NCBI GenBank assembly: GCA_963674945.2
Contig: CAXXWQ010000004.1
Coordinates: 3,040,001 to 3,104,000 of the forward strand
Direction: 5' to 3'
Length of the DNA: 64,000 nucleotides
DNA from: an uncultured Desulfosarcina sp.
GTDB lineage: Bacteria > Desulfobacterota > Desulfobacteria > Desulfobacterales > Desulfosarcinaceae
The notes beneath the pieces are model-generated. The model worked only from the letters and a program-made list of their open reading frames with translations, was not told the origin of the DNA and searched no databases. The position numbers were made by a program, and so were the translations under genes. The first letter of the stretch is position 1. Each line of letters begins with the position of its first letter. Shown piece after piece: positions 41,617 to 51,036 of this stretch.

Positions 41617-43272
41617 CTACTTTTCCTTGGCAAGATGATTCATGGCGATATATCCGAAGGTGCAGGTTGGACCGAGGGTGGATCCCGGCCCCGGGTATGT
41701 CTGTCCCATAACGGAAGCCGAGTTGTTACCCGTGCAATAGAGTCCTTCGATTATAGAGCCGTCTTCCCGCAATACCCGGGCATGTTCATCGGTCAACAGG
41801 CCTCCTTTGGTTCCCAAATCGCCGGGATAAAACTTGATTGCGTAGAAAGGAGCTTTTTCAAGGGGCGCCAGATTGGCATTTGGCAAAACCCGGGGATCGC
41901 CGTAGTAGCGATCGTATATATCATTGCCCCGCTTAAAATCATCATCGAGGCCCTGGTGGGCAAAACTATTGAATCGTTTGACGGTTTTTACCAGATTCTC
42001 TTTATTGATGTTGCATTTGCCGGCAAGTTCTTCAATGGTGTCGGCCTTTATCAGGGTACCGTTCTTGGTATATTTACCCGGCGTAACACCCGGCAACATC
42101 ATTCCAAACATAAACTTTTTTCGGTATGTTTTATCAAAGATCAGCCATGAGGGAATCGCTCCTCCCACCCTGGCTTCTCGGTCCAGCATCGCACGGCCGA
42201 AATCGACATAAGAGGTAGATTCATTGACATAACGCTCACCTGAGTGGTCCACAAGAATGGCACCGGGAAATGAACGTTCATGCACGGAAAACATGACTTT
42301 TCCATCCATGATGTATGAACCGCCCCACCATGCCATTTCCATCAAATCCAGCTTGGCTCCAACTTTTTCGCCGGCCTGATGGACATCACCGGTATTTCCT
42401 GGACACGCGGAACTCCAGTCTGCTCCAATAGGCTGGTATTTGCGTCTGTATTCATCACCCTTTGCGAAACCGCCGGCTGCCAACAGGATACCTTTTCTGG
42501 CCTGCACGTTGATCAGCTTTCCTTCTTTTTCGACGGTAACGCCCACTGCGCGACCATCTTCCATGATGATGTCTTTCATGGGACTGTTCAACCATATTGG
42601 AGTCTGGTAATTTGATTGCAAAATGTACATGAGTTGCCCTGCCAGACTCCTTCCGATGCCAAGGGGATACCTACCGGTCAAACCCCACCCAATGGCGATT
42701 CCCACTACTTTCATGGCGGTCTTGAAACCTTTCCAGGTTTGAAAGACCAGTGGCAACAGATATGCTTGGGCCGAATGAACCGGAACATTCGCCATCCCCG
42801 GCATATTACCCAGCGATTTGCATAGCTTGCCGAGTTTTCTGCCGTTAAAAATCGCGCCTTCGATACACCTGCCGACTTTGCCACCGAGTTTTTCCGGGTA
42901 GTAATCCGGGTAAAATTCGGCCTGAATCCATTGAAACCCCATATCCCGTAACATTTCCACCATCAGCGGTGCATTTTTGACATAGGCTTCTTTTCTTTCT
43001 CTGGAACTGGCCGGTCCGACATCATCGATAACCTCTTCCATATACTGCAAGGCTTCTTCTTCCGAATCCAGCAGCCCTCTTTCCCGCATCAAGAAATTAT
43101 TGGGGATCCATAGTCCTCCACCGGAAAATGCGCTAGAACCGCCCCATGTATCGAGTTTTTCAAGAACCAGCGCCTTCAGACCATTTTTTTCAGCGGTAAT
43201 TGCCCCGGTAAGAGCGCCTCCGCCCGAACCCACAACAACAACATCATAAGTTGAATGCCAGTCAGTCGCCAT
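41617..43272 (-). CDS. FAD-dependent 3-ketosteroid delta1-dehydrogenase (KstD)-like flavoprotein
   Basis: VVVGSGGG, GGSSAFSGGGLWIP, YPDYY, NESTSY, DLGTKGG, YPGPGSTLG; start at ATG 43272 behind GGAGG. Confidence 0.85.
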   Translation of the reverse strand: MATDWHSTYDVVVVGSGGGALTGAITAEKNGLKALVLEKLDTWGGSSAFSGGGLWIPNNFLMRERGLLDSEEEALQYMEEVIDDVGPASSRERKEAYVKNAPLMVEMLRDMGFQWIQAEFYPDYYPEKLGGKVGRCIEGAIFNGRKLGKLCKSLGNMPGMANVPVHSAQAYLLPLVFQTWKGFKTAMKVVGIAIGWGLTGRYPLGIGRSLAGQLMYILQSNYQTPIWLNSPMKDIIMEDGRAVGVTVEKEGKLINVQARKGILLAAGGFAKGDEYRRKYQPIGADWSSACPGNTGDVHQAGEKVGAKLDLMEMAWWGGSYIMDGKVMFSVHERSFPGAILVDHSGERYVNESTSYVDFGRAMLDREARVGGAIPSWLIFDKTYRKKFMFGMMLPGVTPGKYTKNGTLIKADTIEELAGKCNINKENLVKTVKRFNSFAHQGLDDDFKRGNDIYDRYYGDPRVLPNANLAPLEKAPFYAIKFYPGDLGTKGGLLTDEHARVLREDGSIIEGLYCTGNNSASVMGQTYPGPGSTLGPTCTFGYIAMNHLAKEK

Positions 43273-43301
43273 GAATTGTATACCTCCACCCCGTTTTATT
43301 G

Positions 43302-43336
43302 AAAAGACCCCCAATCCATTGATTAGGGGTCTTTTT
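43302..43336. terminator. Terminator-like hairpin between GRE2 and the kstD-like gene
   Basis: aaaagacccc-caatc-catt-gatta-ggggtctttt. Confidence 0.65.
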
Positions 43337-43420
43337 ACGCCTTTTCAATTACTATTCGTTCAATCAACATCAGCGAGAAAGAGCGTAGATTAACTTAATT
43401 TTTCCATCAAATCCTCTGTC

Positions 43421-45937
43421 TTACATCGCGTGTTCCGTTCTGGAAATGATCTCGTCCCGAACTTCCGGTGTGAGCTCGGTCCAGTAGGCGCTGTATCCCG
43501 CAACCCTGACTACCAGATCCTTGTAGTTCTCCGGATGTGCTTTGGCATCCAGCAGGGTCGCCGTGTTCAGGATGTTGACCTGAACCTGGGAGCCGCCTTT
43601 GGCAAAATAGGTGTCCAGAAGGGCACGAAACTTCTGTTTGCCATCGTTGGTTCCGAGAACGCCCGCGGAAAACTTCATGTTCAACAGCGTGCTTTGCATA
43701 CCCATTGTGTCGCACTTGGCCGCAGAGTTCAGGACGGCTGTTGGGCCGCTCTTGTCGTAGCCACGCACGGGAGACAAGGAGCCATCGGCCAGCGGCTCGC
43801 CATGTTTTTTACCATTGGGCAACGCGCCGGTAACCGGGGCCACCCACTGCGCCCAGGCCGCGCCTTGTCGGAATATTACCGGTGCACGGTCGTATTGATC
43901 CCGATATTCCAAAGCCCTGTCTCTGGTCCAGGACCAAAGGTATGCCATCATCTCATCGGGCTCTTCCAGGTCGTTGCCATACTTGGGATAATCCATCAGC
44001 TTTTTGCGCAGGTCTTCATGGCCTTCGAAGTCGGCTTCCATGGCCTTGAGCAGTTCTTCCATGGTGCAGATTTTGTCTTCGAATATCGCGTGTTTAATGG
44101 CAATCAGGCAGTCGGCGGTATCGGAGATGGCCCGGTCAACAAAGTGGCCGCCTTCGAGTTCCATGAAGTATTTGTCACCACCGCGGCTCAGGTCCTTGCC
44201 ATTTTCGATACACCCTTCCAGCCAGGCCGAAGCGAACGGCATGTAGGCGGTCTCCTGGTCGAAATGCGGACACATGGCGGCATACATGTTCATGTGGAAA
44301 TCATAGTTGAACATGACCTGCTCCTTGTAGGCAGCCACCACTTCTTCGAAGGTCGCGAATTCCCTCGGGTCTCCTGTGTCCGGCCCTAGCTTCATTTTCG
44401 AGTCCGGATCCACACCACGGTTCAGCGCCATCTGAAGCAGTTTGGCATGATGGACAAATCCGGGACCCGGTCCGGGCGTCCAGGCCCATGATTTACCATA
44501 GGCGGTATTGACGCAGCCGGCCATGGACCAATCCCGGGCATCCTCATGGGAGACCCCCCGGCTCATCAGCCACTCCATGTTATTGCGGTCATTGAACCAT
44601 GCCGGAATGCCGGCGCCGTGGTTCTTGTTGCACTCGATGGCCGCATCCAGGAACTCGGGTTTCGTGGCATGGTGATAGCGGATGGAGATATGCGGCTGGT
44701 GGGTTTTGAGCTGTCCAGCCACATGCAGCACCAGACAACCGAATTCATTGGAATTGTCTCTGCCCCTTCGGTCGATTCCGCCGAGGGTAACGTTGACGAT
44801 GTAATTGGCCTGGGCCACCGCCTGATGGTCCCGTTTGCCGGCCAGTCCGGCAAAGAGGAACGGCTCCAGCGAATCCCAGAAGAGAAAAATGTTCCCCATG
44901 AGTTCCGCCGCTTCCTGGCGGGTCAGGCGCCCCTCGTTGATGTCTTTCATGTAGAACGGGAACATATACTGATCGAACCTGGCGGCGTAGTGATTGGATA
45001 TCGCCTTTTCCATATCGTGTGCCACCGGAATGAACCAATAGGCCTGTAGTGCCTCACGGAAGGTCCTCGGCGGATTCACGGCGATCCATTCGCAGACATC
45101 GCCGATCTCTTTCAGCTCTTTCTTCCGCTTGGCGTTCTTTTCTTTCTTTGCCATCTCCCGGGCCACTTCGGCATGCCGCTGGATAAATCGCTGGAATCCC
45201 TTCTGCGCGATGATCATCGCCTCGAGCATGTGAATTCTGTCGTTGTCCTCAGTGGTGGTCTTCATTCCCTTGCGGCGAATCGTTGCAATCCGATCCTCGA
45301 TTTCGGCGATGATTCCGGGGGTGCCGATGGTCAGGTATTTTTCGAAGTCACACCCTAAAACCAGCGGTGCCACTTCGCCCGGAGGGGTAACGCCGCCCAT
45401 ATTCACCTTGGATGCCCCAAACTTGTTGCGCAAGCCGTCTCCGAAGGCCATTCCCACTTCATACGCCTTCTTATTGAGACCCATTTTGGACCAGTATTCG
45501 GCCGCAGCTTTGATATCCGCAAGGTCTTCATCGCTGAGCTCGGCGATTTGGGACTCGCTGCCGGCAGTGGCCATGCTCTCCCGGTGTTTGATAATCATCA
45601 AGGTCTGGTCCGGCGCCATACTGTGATTGGCAAAGGCACCGCGGTTGTGAGGCGTCGGTTTGCCAACAATGAGTTCACCCTCCCGGATGACGATGGGCAC
45701 CTTTTCAAAGAGAAGGGCCTCGGCCTTGGCCCGCCGGATGGCCGGATGCTTGCCCTCGGTCTCTTTATAAGACTCCAGGTGATATTTTGATCGTTCACCG
45801 GCGATGTGGACTCCGGACTCCCTCAGATTCTTCTTCATCATTTGAATCCTGTCCGTGAGCCCATTGGTCTTGTAGACTGCATCCAGATTGATCTTTTGCA
45901 GGTCGACCTTTGGTTCTTTCGTTGCTGCGCTTGCCAT
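43421..45937 (-). CDS. Glycyl radical enzyme of unknown function, copy 2
   Basis: LVVRVAGYSAYW Gly loop, DWSMAGCVNTA Cys loop; colinear paralog of 19804-22323; GGAGGAG SD. Confidence 0.93.
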   Translation of the reverse strand: MASAATKEPKVDLQKINLDAVYKTNGLTDRIQMMKKNLRESGVHIAGERSKYHLESYKETEGKHPAIRRAKAEALLFEKVPIVIREGELIVGKPTPHNRGAFANHSMAPDQTLMIIKHRESMATAGSESQIAELSDEDLADIKAAAEYWSKMGLNKKAYEVGMAFGDGLRNKFGASKVNMGGVTPPGEVAPLVLGCDFEKYLTIGTPGIIAEIEDRIATIRRKGMKTTTEDNDRIHMLEAMIIAQKGFQRFIQRHAEVAREMAKKEKNAKRKKELKEIGDVCEWIAVNPPRTFREALQAYWFIPVAHDMEKAISNHYAARFDQYMFPFYMKDINEGRLTRQEAAELMGNIFLFWDSLEPFLFAGLAGKRDHQAVAQANYIVNVTLGGIDRRGRDNSNEFGCLVLHVAGQLKTHQPHISIRYHHATKPEFLDAAIECNKNHGAGIPAWFNDRNNMEWLMSRGVSHEDARDWSMAGCVNTAYGKSWAWTPGPGPGFVHHAKLLQMALNRGVDPDSKMKLGPDTGDPREFATFEEVVAAYKEQVMFNYDFHMNMYAAMCPHFDQETAYMPFASAWLEGCIENGKDLSRGGDKYFMELEGGHFVDRAISDTADCLIAIKHAIFEDKICTMEELLKAMEADFEGHEDLRKKLMDYPKYGNDLEEPDEMMAYLWSWTRDRALEYRDQYDRAPVIFRQGAAWAQWVAPVTGALPNGKKHGEPLADGSLSPVRGYDKSGPTAVLNSAAKCDTMGMQSTLLNMKFSAGVLGTNDGKQKFRALLDTYFAKGGSQVQVNILNTATLLDAKAHPENYKDLVVRVAGYSAYWTELTPEVRDEIISRTEHAM

Positions 45938-45994
45938 TTTACTCCTCCCTTATGCTGTAAAATCGTTGCAATGACAAAAACATTAAAATTATTA

Positions 45995-46010
45995 TGCAAA
46001 TTAGATGCCT
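45995..46010 (-). promoter_or_regulatory. Sigma-54 promoter for the GRE2 operon
   Basis: AGGCATCTAATTTGCA on the minus strand. Confidence 0.75.
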
Positions 46011-46137
46011 GGCTTGGAAGTCAAGTGCTCACATCTGGGTAAATGCCCGTACCCGAACAAATTATTTTTAAAAATGAAATTCCAGTATCCCAATAAATTA
46101 AAATGTTTGCCATATTTTTAAAAAACTATCACAATAC

Positions 46138-46245
46138 GGTGCGTAAAAACAGCAATTTTCAATATTATGCACGGTTATAAGTTAACATAAAGCAATCTGC
46201 AGCAGCACCGAAGCATTCTTCATCGCTCCGGTGCGCCAGCGCACC
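46138..46245. promoter_or_regulatory. Pair of GGTGCR-N4-YGCACC-type sites upstream of GRE2
   Basis: GGTGCGTAAAAACAGC (46138) and the perfect palindrome GGTGCGCCAGCGCACC (46230-46245), 92 bp apart. Confidence 0.65.
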
Positions 46246-46282
46246 TGCCCCGGCTTTTCTTCCATTGGTGTTTTGCAACGGT

Positions 46283-47986
46283 TTATCCAGATGCGACACG
46301 ATACCTTTGAAGCTTTCTGACAACCGTTGAATGATGAATTCTCAGTTTATTGGCGATTTGCCTTACAGAACCACCTTGTCTGAGCGCTTCACGAAAAATT
46401 TCCTGTTCCATCAAATCTTGCGCTTCTTTTAATGGAATCAGGTTGTCCACCTTTACCTGGATCTCTGCTTCCGTTTTTTTATTGCGAGGGCGCATATCTT
46501 GCGGCAGGTGTTTCGTGTCGATTACTTTTTCATCGACCAGAACAACGAGTTGTTCGATCAGATGCTCTAGTTCTCTTACATTCCCAGGCCATTCATATTG
46601 TTCAAAAAATGGTATGATATTGTGATCGAGCTCTTTTGAACTGTGATATAAGCTGCAAAAATGCTTTAGAAAGTGTTGCGCAAGCGGCGCAATATCCTTT
46701 TTTCGTTCCTTTAACGGGGGGATTTGGATCGGAATCACACAAAGGCGATAGTAGAGATCCTGTCGGAAGCGCCCTTTTTGTACCAACTCCTTCACATCGC
46801 AATTGGACGCAACCAGTAAGCGGACATCTCCATGTTGAACCCTGGTTCCGCCAATTTTAATGAATTCCTTATTTTGTAAAAACCGAAGCAGCTTCGCCTG
46901 AAGTTGCATTGGAAGACTGTTAATCTCATCAAGGAACAAAGTGCCACCGTTTGCGGCTTCAATCAATCCTTGCTTGCCCTCCCTGGCTGCACCGGTAAAG
47001 GCTCCTTTTTCATAGCCGAAAAGTTCGGATTCAAGAAGCGATTCGGGGATGGCCGCGCAATTGACCTTCAGGAATGTGCGGTTCGATCGGGGGCCCATTC
47101 GATGAACAATTTCGGCAACAATCTCTTTCCCGACGCCTGTTTCACCGGTAATAAAAACATTGGAAACTGTTTTGGCAGCCTTTAGGGCAAGCCGCACAAC
47201 CTTTTCCATGTTCGGATCTACAATCACAATGTTGGGAAACGTTTTTTGGATTTCTTTTAATCCTCCTTTTCTTCTTGTTCCAGACGCCGATACAATGGAG
47301 TGAAATTCGTGTGAGATATGTTTGCCAAGAATTAATACCAGCACCCCGACGTTTTCTTTTCCATAATTTAGCGGATAATATTGGAGCACGACTGACGGAT
47401 CGTCTTTGTCATAGTGATATCGTAAAGGGATATTTTCCATCCATTGTTCTCTATCCGGAAGTACATTAATAATTTTATCAAGAGAAATTTTAAGAAGATT
47501 TTTTGTATTTGGATCGATAACTTCATTGAATGATTGATTTGCATAAATAAGCTGTTTGTCCGTCGATATCACGCCGACGCCAATATCCAATTGGTTTAAA
47601 ATCGAATGAAACATCTCGATTTCTTTCGCCAGACCGCGGATCACATCCACACGTCTTAAAATGCCTTGGTATTTTTCATTGGAATCCAATACAATCCGGT
47701 CAACTGGAAAATGAGCTGCATTTTCAAGTGGTTCATCAAGACCGATCGTGTTTATTCGACGCCTGAGGCAATCGGAAGGAATGGCGTGGTCGGGATCCGT
47801 CAATTGCATAAGATGATTGATTAGCTTAAAGACATCCAGAACGGCTGTCACATGATCTTTTGAATCAACAATAGGAATTTCCGTAAGTCGGTGCTTTGAA
47901 ATAGGTGCAGAAGCATCCATGAGATTTTGACCTTCACGGATATGCAACAACTCCTTTACATTTACATAATCTGATGTCGAGAACAA
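46283..47986 (-). CDS. Sigma-54 enhancer-binding protein EBP4 (CBS-like/PAS sensor, AAA+, HTH)
   Basis: GETGVGK, ESELFGYEKGAFTGA, LFLDEI, WPGNVREL, HSTVVRKL HTH; TTG start behind GGAGG. Confidence 0.92.
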   Translation of the reverse strand: MFSTSDYVNVKELLHIREGQNLMDASAPISKHRLTEIPIVDSKDHVTAVLDVFKLINHLMQLTDPDHAIPSDCLRRRINTIGLDEPLENAAHFPVDRIVLDSNEKYQGILRRVDVIRGLAKEIEMFHSILNQLDIGVGVISTDKQLIYANQSFNEVIDPNTKNLLKISLDKIINVLPDREQWMENIPLRYHYDKDDPSVVLQYYPLNYGKENVGVLVLILGKHISHEFHSIVSASGTRRKGGLKEIQKTFPNIVIVDPNMEKVVRLALKAAKTVSNVFITGETGVGKEIVAEIVHRMGPRSNRTFLKVNCAAIPESLLESELFGYEKGAFTGAAREGKQGLIEAANGGTLFLDEINSLPMQLQAKLLRFLQNKEFIKIGGTRVQHGDVRLLVASNCDVKELVQKGRFRQDLYYRLCVIPIQIPPLKERKKDIAPLAQHFLKHFCSLYHSSKELDHNIIPFFEQYEWPGNVRELEHLIEQLVVLVDEKVIDTKHLPQDMRPRNKKTEAEIQVKVDNLIPLKEAQDLMEQEIFREALRQGGSVRQIANKLRIHHSTVVRKLQRYRVASG

Positions 47987-48032
47987 TGTAGCCTCCTAAT
48001 GATGGAAAGATCAAGGCAACCTGCTATGTTGT

Positions 48033-48183
48033 GACGGCTTTGTAAAAAGTCCGATATCTGCGTTACGCTTCACCCCTCGTCACTGCGGCGTACTATATGT
48101 ACGACTCACTCCTCGTGGCTCGCAATCCTTGATCTCGAACTTTTTACAAATCCGTCCGAAATCCGACTTTTTACGAGTTCATC
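48033..48183. repeat. REP/MITE-like palindromic intergenic element
   Basis: gacggctttgtaaaaagt (48033-48050) inverted to actttttacaaatccgtc (48139-48156), plus a third arm gactttttacgagttcatc (48165-48183). Confidence 0.75.
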
Positions 48184-48203
48184 GCTATGCTGACGGTTAA
48201 TTT

Positions 48204-48995
48204 TCAATAGCCTTTGAAAATCGGTTCGCGCTTTTCAAGATACGCGGTCATTCCTTCGAAAAAATCATCCGTTCCGGAGCTTTCGATGCTTGCCTCAAGC
48301 TCTTGCCTCAGGCTTTCGGCGATTGGTTTTTCTTTGCCTTTTTTTACCAGTTGTTTCATCGCCGAAACGGTTAATATTGCTTTGGCGGAAATCTTCCGGG
48401 CAATTTCAAGTGCGGTCGGATACACTTCTTCTACCGGCTTGATAAAATCAACGAACCCAAGCTGCAGCCCTTCTCGGGCGGACATTTCGTCGGTCGTATA
48501 CAAATAATAAAGCGCTCGACCTTGCGGTATCAATCTCGGCAGCCGTTGCGTAGCACCTCCTGCGGAGACGACCCCAAATTTACATTCAGGAAACCGAAAT
48601 GTAGCGTCCTTGTTCGCAACGCGAATGTCGCAAACCATGGCCAACTCACACCCATTTCCGGCAGCATGGCTGTTAATTGCGCAAATAGTGGGCTTCGGGA
48701 ACGCATCAATCCGATTGAAAACAGTATGAATCTGGGTAAAATAGACTTTTATCTGATTCCGTTCTCTTCTGGAAAGTGCATTAATGTCAGCCCCGGCAAC
48801 AAAGGCCCGTTTTCCCACCGCCGTTAGAATGACGGCATGCACATCATTATCTGTTTCCAGGTCATTAAACGCACACTCGAGTTCGGAAAGCATTTCAAAC
48901 GTTAACGCATTGACAGGTGGATAATTGATAACAACCGTTGCAATTCCAGGTTCATCATGCGTGATCGTTACAATTTTCTGATTTTTTTCAGCCAA
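48204..48995 (-). CDS. Enoyl-CoA hydratase/isomerase family protein
   Basis: PPVNAL, AFVAGADI, GNGCELAMVCD, FPECKFG, GGATQRLPRL. Confidence 0.9.
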   Translation of the reverse strand: MAEKNQKIVTITHDEPGIATVVINYPPVNALTFEMLSELECAFNDLETDNDVHAVILTAVGKRAFVAGADINALSRRERNQIKVYFTQIHTVFNRIDAFPKPTICAINSHAAGNGCELAMVCDIRVANKDATFRFPECKFGVVSAGGATQRLPRLIPQGRALYYLYTTDEMSAREGLQLGFVDFIKPVEEVYPTALEIARKISAKAILTVSAMKQLVKKGKEKPIAESLRQELEASIESSGTDDFFEGMTAYLEKREPIFKGY

Positions 48996-49362
48996 TTGGC
49001 TCTCCTCTTGCTATTGTTCATCGAATGATCACCGTTTCGGGAACGTTTACTATGGAATTGCATCGGTGTTGATCACAGGCATGATATGCCTCAATAATCC
49101 TCTCAGTAAATATCGTAATACCAAGTCATTGTGGGATGCCCATACATTGAACCGAATTCAGAATGGTGCAACATTCCACCATATATCGAAAAGAAGAAAA
49201 TAAATCAATTGTAAATTCTAAAGGGATGGGTATAGAAATCTACCCATTTGCTCTATAACGATCTGTTTATTTACGAATTAATAAAAGTTCGGGGTGTTGC
49301 ATCGCAGTCGATGCAAAAATGCACCGGAAAACGATTCGAGGAGAGCAGGTTGGAAATAAAGC

Positions 49363-49392
49363 AGGGGGCCTGATGATGCAGGCCCCCTTTTG
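49363..49392. terminator. Terminator hairpin after the OB-fold gene
   Basis: agggggcctg-atgatg-caggccccct with flanking A/T tracts. Confidence 0.7.
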
Positions 49393-49411
49393 TGGATTCG
49401 CTACTTTGTAT

Positions 49412-49819
49412 TTAACAAAGACTAAATAAGGGGCGGGCGGCCTCACCAAAGTAATAGGTGTCGCCGGGAAATACTTTGTGACCCAGTGTCACCCGGCGTC
49501 CGATGACATCCATCGTGACCTTGGCCGGGTCTATACCAACCAGGTTTCCGGATATCCATGGACCTTCGTCAAGGCAAACCATCACAATGGTATATGGGGC
49601 TTCGACTTCACGCCCCAATGGCACGACATGACTGGTGGTGAACGTCTTGATTTCCCCTTCACCGCTGAGCTCGACGATCTCCTGATCGGTACTCGCGCAT
49701 TCCTGGCAGGCCATCGTCGGTGGACAGGTAATGGTGCCGCATGATTTGCACTTGAGTCCGAGAAGCTGGTTTTTCTTCAGCGCATCGCTATATGTACGAA
49801 AATCGATTTTGTATTTCAT
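49412..49819 (-). CDS. DUF35 Zn-ribbon/OB-fold protein (thiolase partner)
   Basis: CKSCG...PP...CQEC followed by an OB fold (GEIKTFT, PY..MV.LDEG). Confidence 0.9.
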   Translation of the reverse strand: MKYKIDFRTYSDALKKNQLLGLKCKSCGTITCPPTMACQECASTDQEIVELSGEGEIKTFTTSHVVPLGREVEAPYTIVMVCLDEGPWISGNLVGIDPAKVTMDVIGRRVTLGHKVFPGDTYYFGEAARPLFSLC

Positions 49820-49844
49820 CCTTTATATCCTCTATCAAACCGGG

Positions 49845-51020
49845 TTAGTCTCTCTTAAGAACCAGATTGACAATAATGCCGTCTCCTCCCAACGTGTCCA
49901 CCAGACCGACTTTGGCACCTTCGACCTGGCGCCCCTGGTCTACCAGACCACCGCGCAGCTGTTTGGCCACCTCGTAAACTTGGGATACACCGGTGGCGCC
50001 GATGGGGTGACCTTTTGATTTTAGACCGCCGGATATGTTGATCGCCGTTTTTCCATCGATTTCAAATTGCCCTTTTTGCCACATCTCACCTGCGGTGCCA
50101 CGCTCTGCAAAACCGAGGCTTTCCGCCGCGATGATACTCGCGATACTGAAGCAATCGTGTAACTCGCAGATATCGACATCCTCAGGGCCGATGCCGGCCA
50201 TGTCATATGCCTGTTTCACCGAGACTTCCCTGGCATGAAGATGGGGCAGGTGCTTGTACTGGGAGGCTAAATGTCCCGAGGACGCCTGGCCGGTGCCTGC
50301 AATATATACGGGTTTATCGGTGAGCTTTTTGGCCATCTCTTCCGATGCCAGCACCACTGCCGCCGCTCCGTCCGTAAACGGGCAGCAGTCAAGCAACTGC
50401 AACGGCGAGGTTACCATCATGCCATTGAGCACTTTTTCCACCGTGATCTCTTTTTGAAACTGAGCATTGGGATTTTTCGCACCATAATAATGGGACTGAA
50501 CCGACACCTGGGCCATCTGCTCCTTCAGTTTTTCCAGCGGTATGCCATAGTGAGAGGCATACAAATGGGCCAGCATGGCGAAAACCGCCGGAAATGTAAA
50601 TCCGGCCGGCGTTTCGAAACGGCTGTCATTGAACATTCCAAAGGTTCGCGTGGCAAGCGGAGTACCCATGGACGTTGCTTTCTCGACACCGCACACGAGA
50701 ACGATATCATATGCACCGGAGGCAACCCACATGGCGGCATCCCGAACGGCCATGGTGGCGGTGGCACAAGCGCCTTCATATCGGAAAGCAGGAACATTGG
50801 TGCATCCAATATCGTTGGCGAGAAACGAATGGACCATGCCCTGCCCATCGGTAAACTCACCCAGCACGTTGCCACAATAGATCGCTTGTATATCTTTCGG
50901 TGTTATGTTGGACTGGACGATGGCATCCAAGGATGCCTCCGCGGCAAGTTCTATACTCGTATTCGGCGAATCGGTCATAAATTTGGTATGACCCCCTCCA
51001 ATCACCGCAACTTTTCTCAT
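49845..51020 (-). CDS. Thiolase, SCP2/archaeal type
   Basis: EGACAT (catalytic Cys), DCCPFTDGAAA, ELHDCF, KGHPIGATG; start at ATG 51020 behind AAAGGAG. Confidence 0.92.
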   Translation of the reverse strand: MRKVAVIGGGHTKFMTDSPNTSIELAAEASLDAIVQSNITPKDIQAIYCGNVLGEFTDGQGMVHSFLANDIGCTNVPAFRYEGACATATMAVRDAAMWVASGAYDIVLVCGVEKATSMGTPLATRTFGMFNDSRFETPAGFTFPAVFAMLAHLYASHYGIPLEKLKEQMAQVSVQSHYYGAKNPNAQFQKEITVEKVLNGMMVTSPLQLLDCCPFTDGAAAVVLASEEMAKKLTDKPVYIAGTGQASSGHLASQYKHLPHLHAREVSVKQAYDMAGIGPEDVDICELHDCFSIASIIAAESLGFAERGTAGEMWQKGQFEIDGKTAINISGGLKSKGHPIGATGVSQVYEVAKQLRGGLVDQGRQVEGAKVGLVDTLGGDGIIVNLVLKRD

Positions 51021-51036
51021 TGGTAACAACTCCTTT

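Noticed and set aside
49845..51020. Ltp2-type steroid aldolase (thiolase fold plus DUF35)
   Set aside because: The catalytic Cys (EGACAT), HDCF and GHP motifs of true thiolases are retained.
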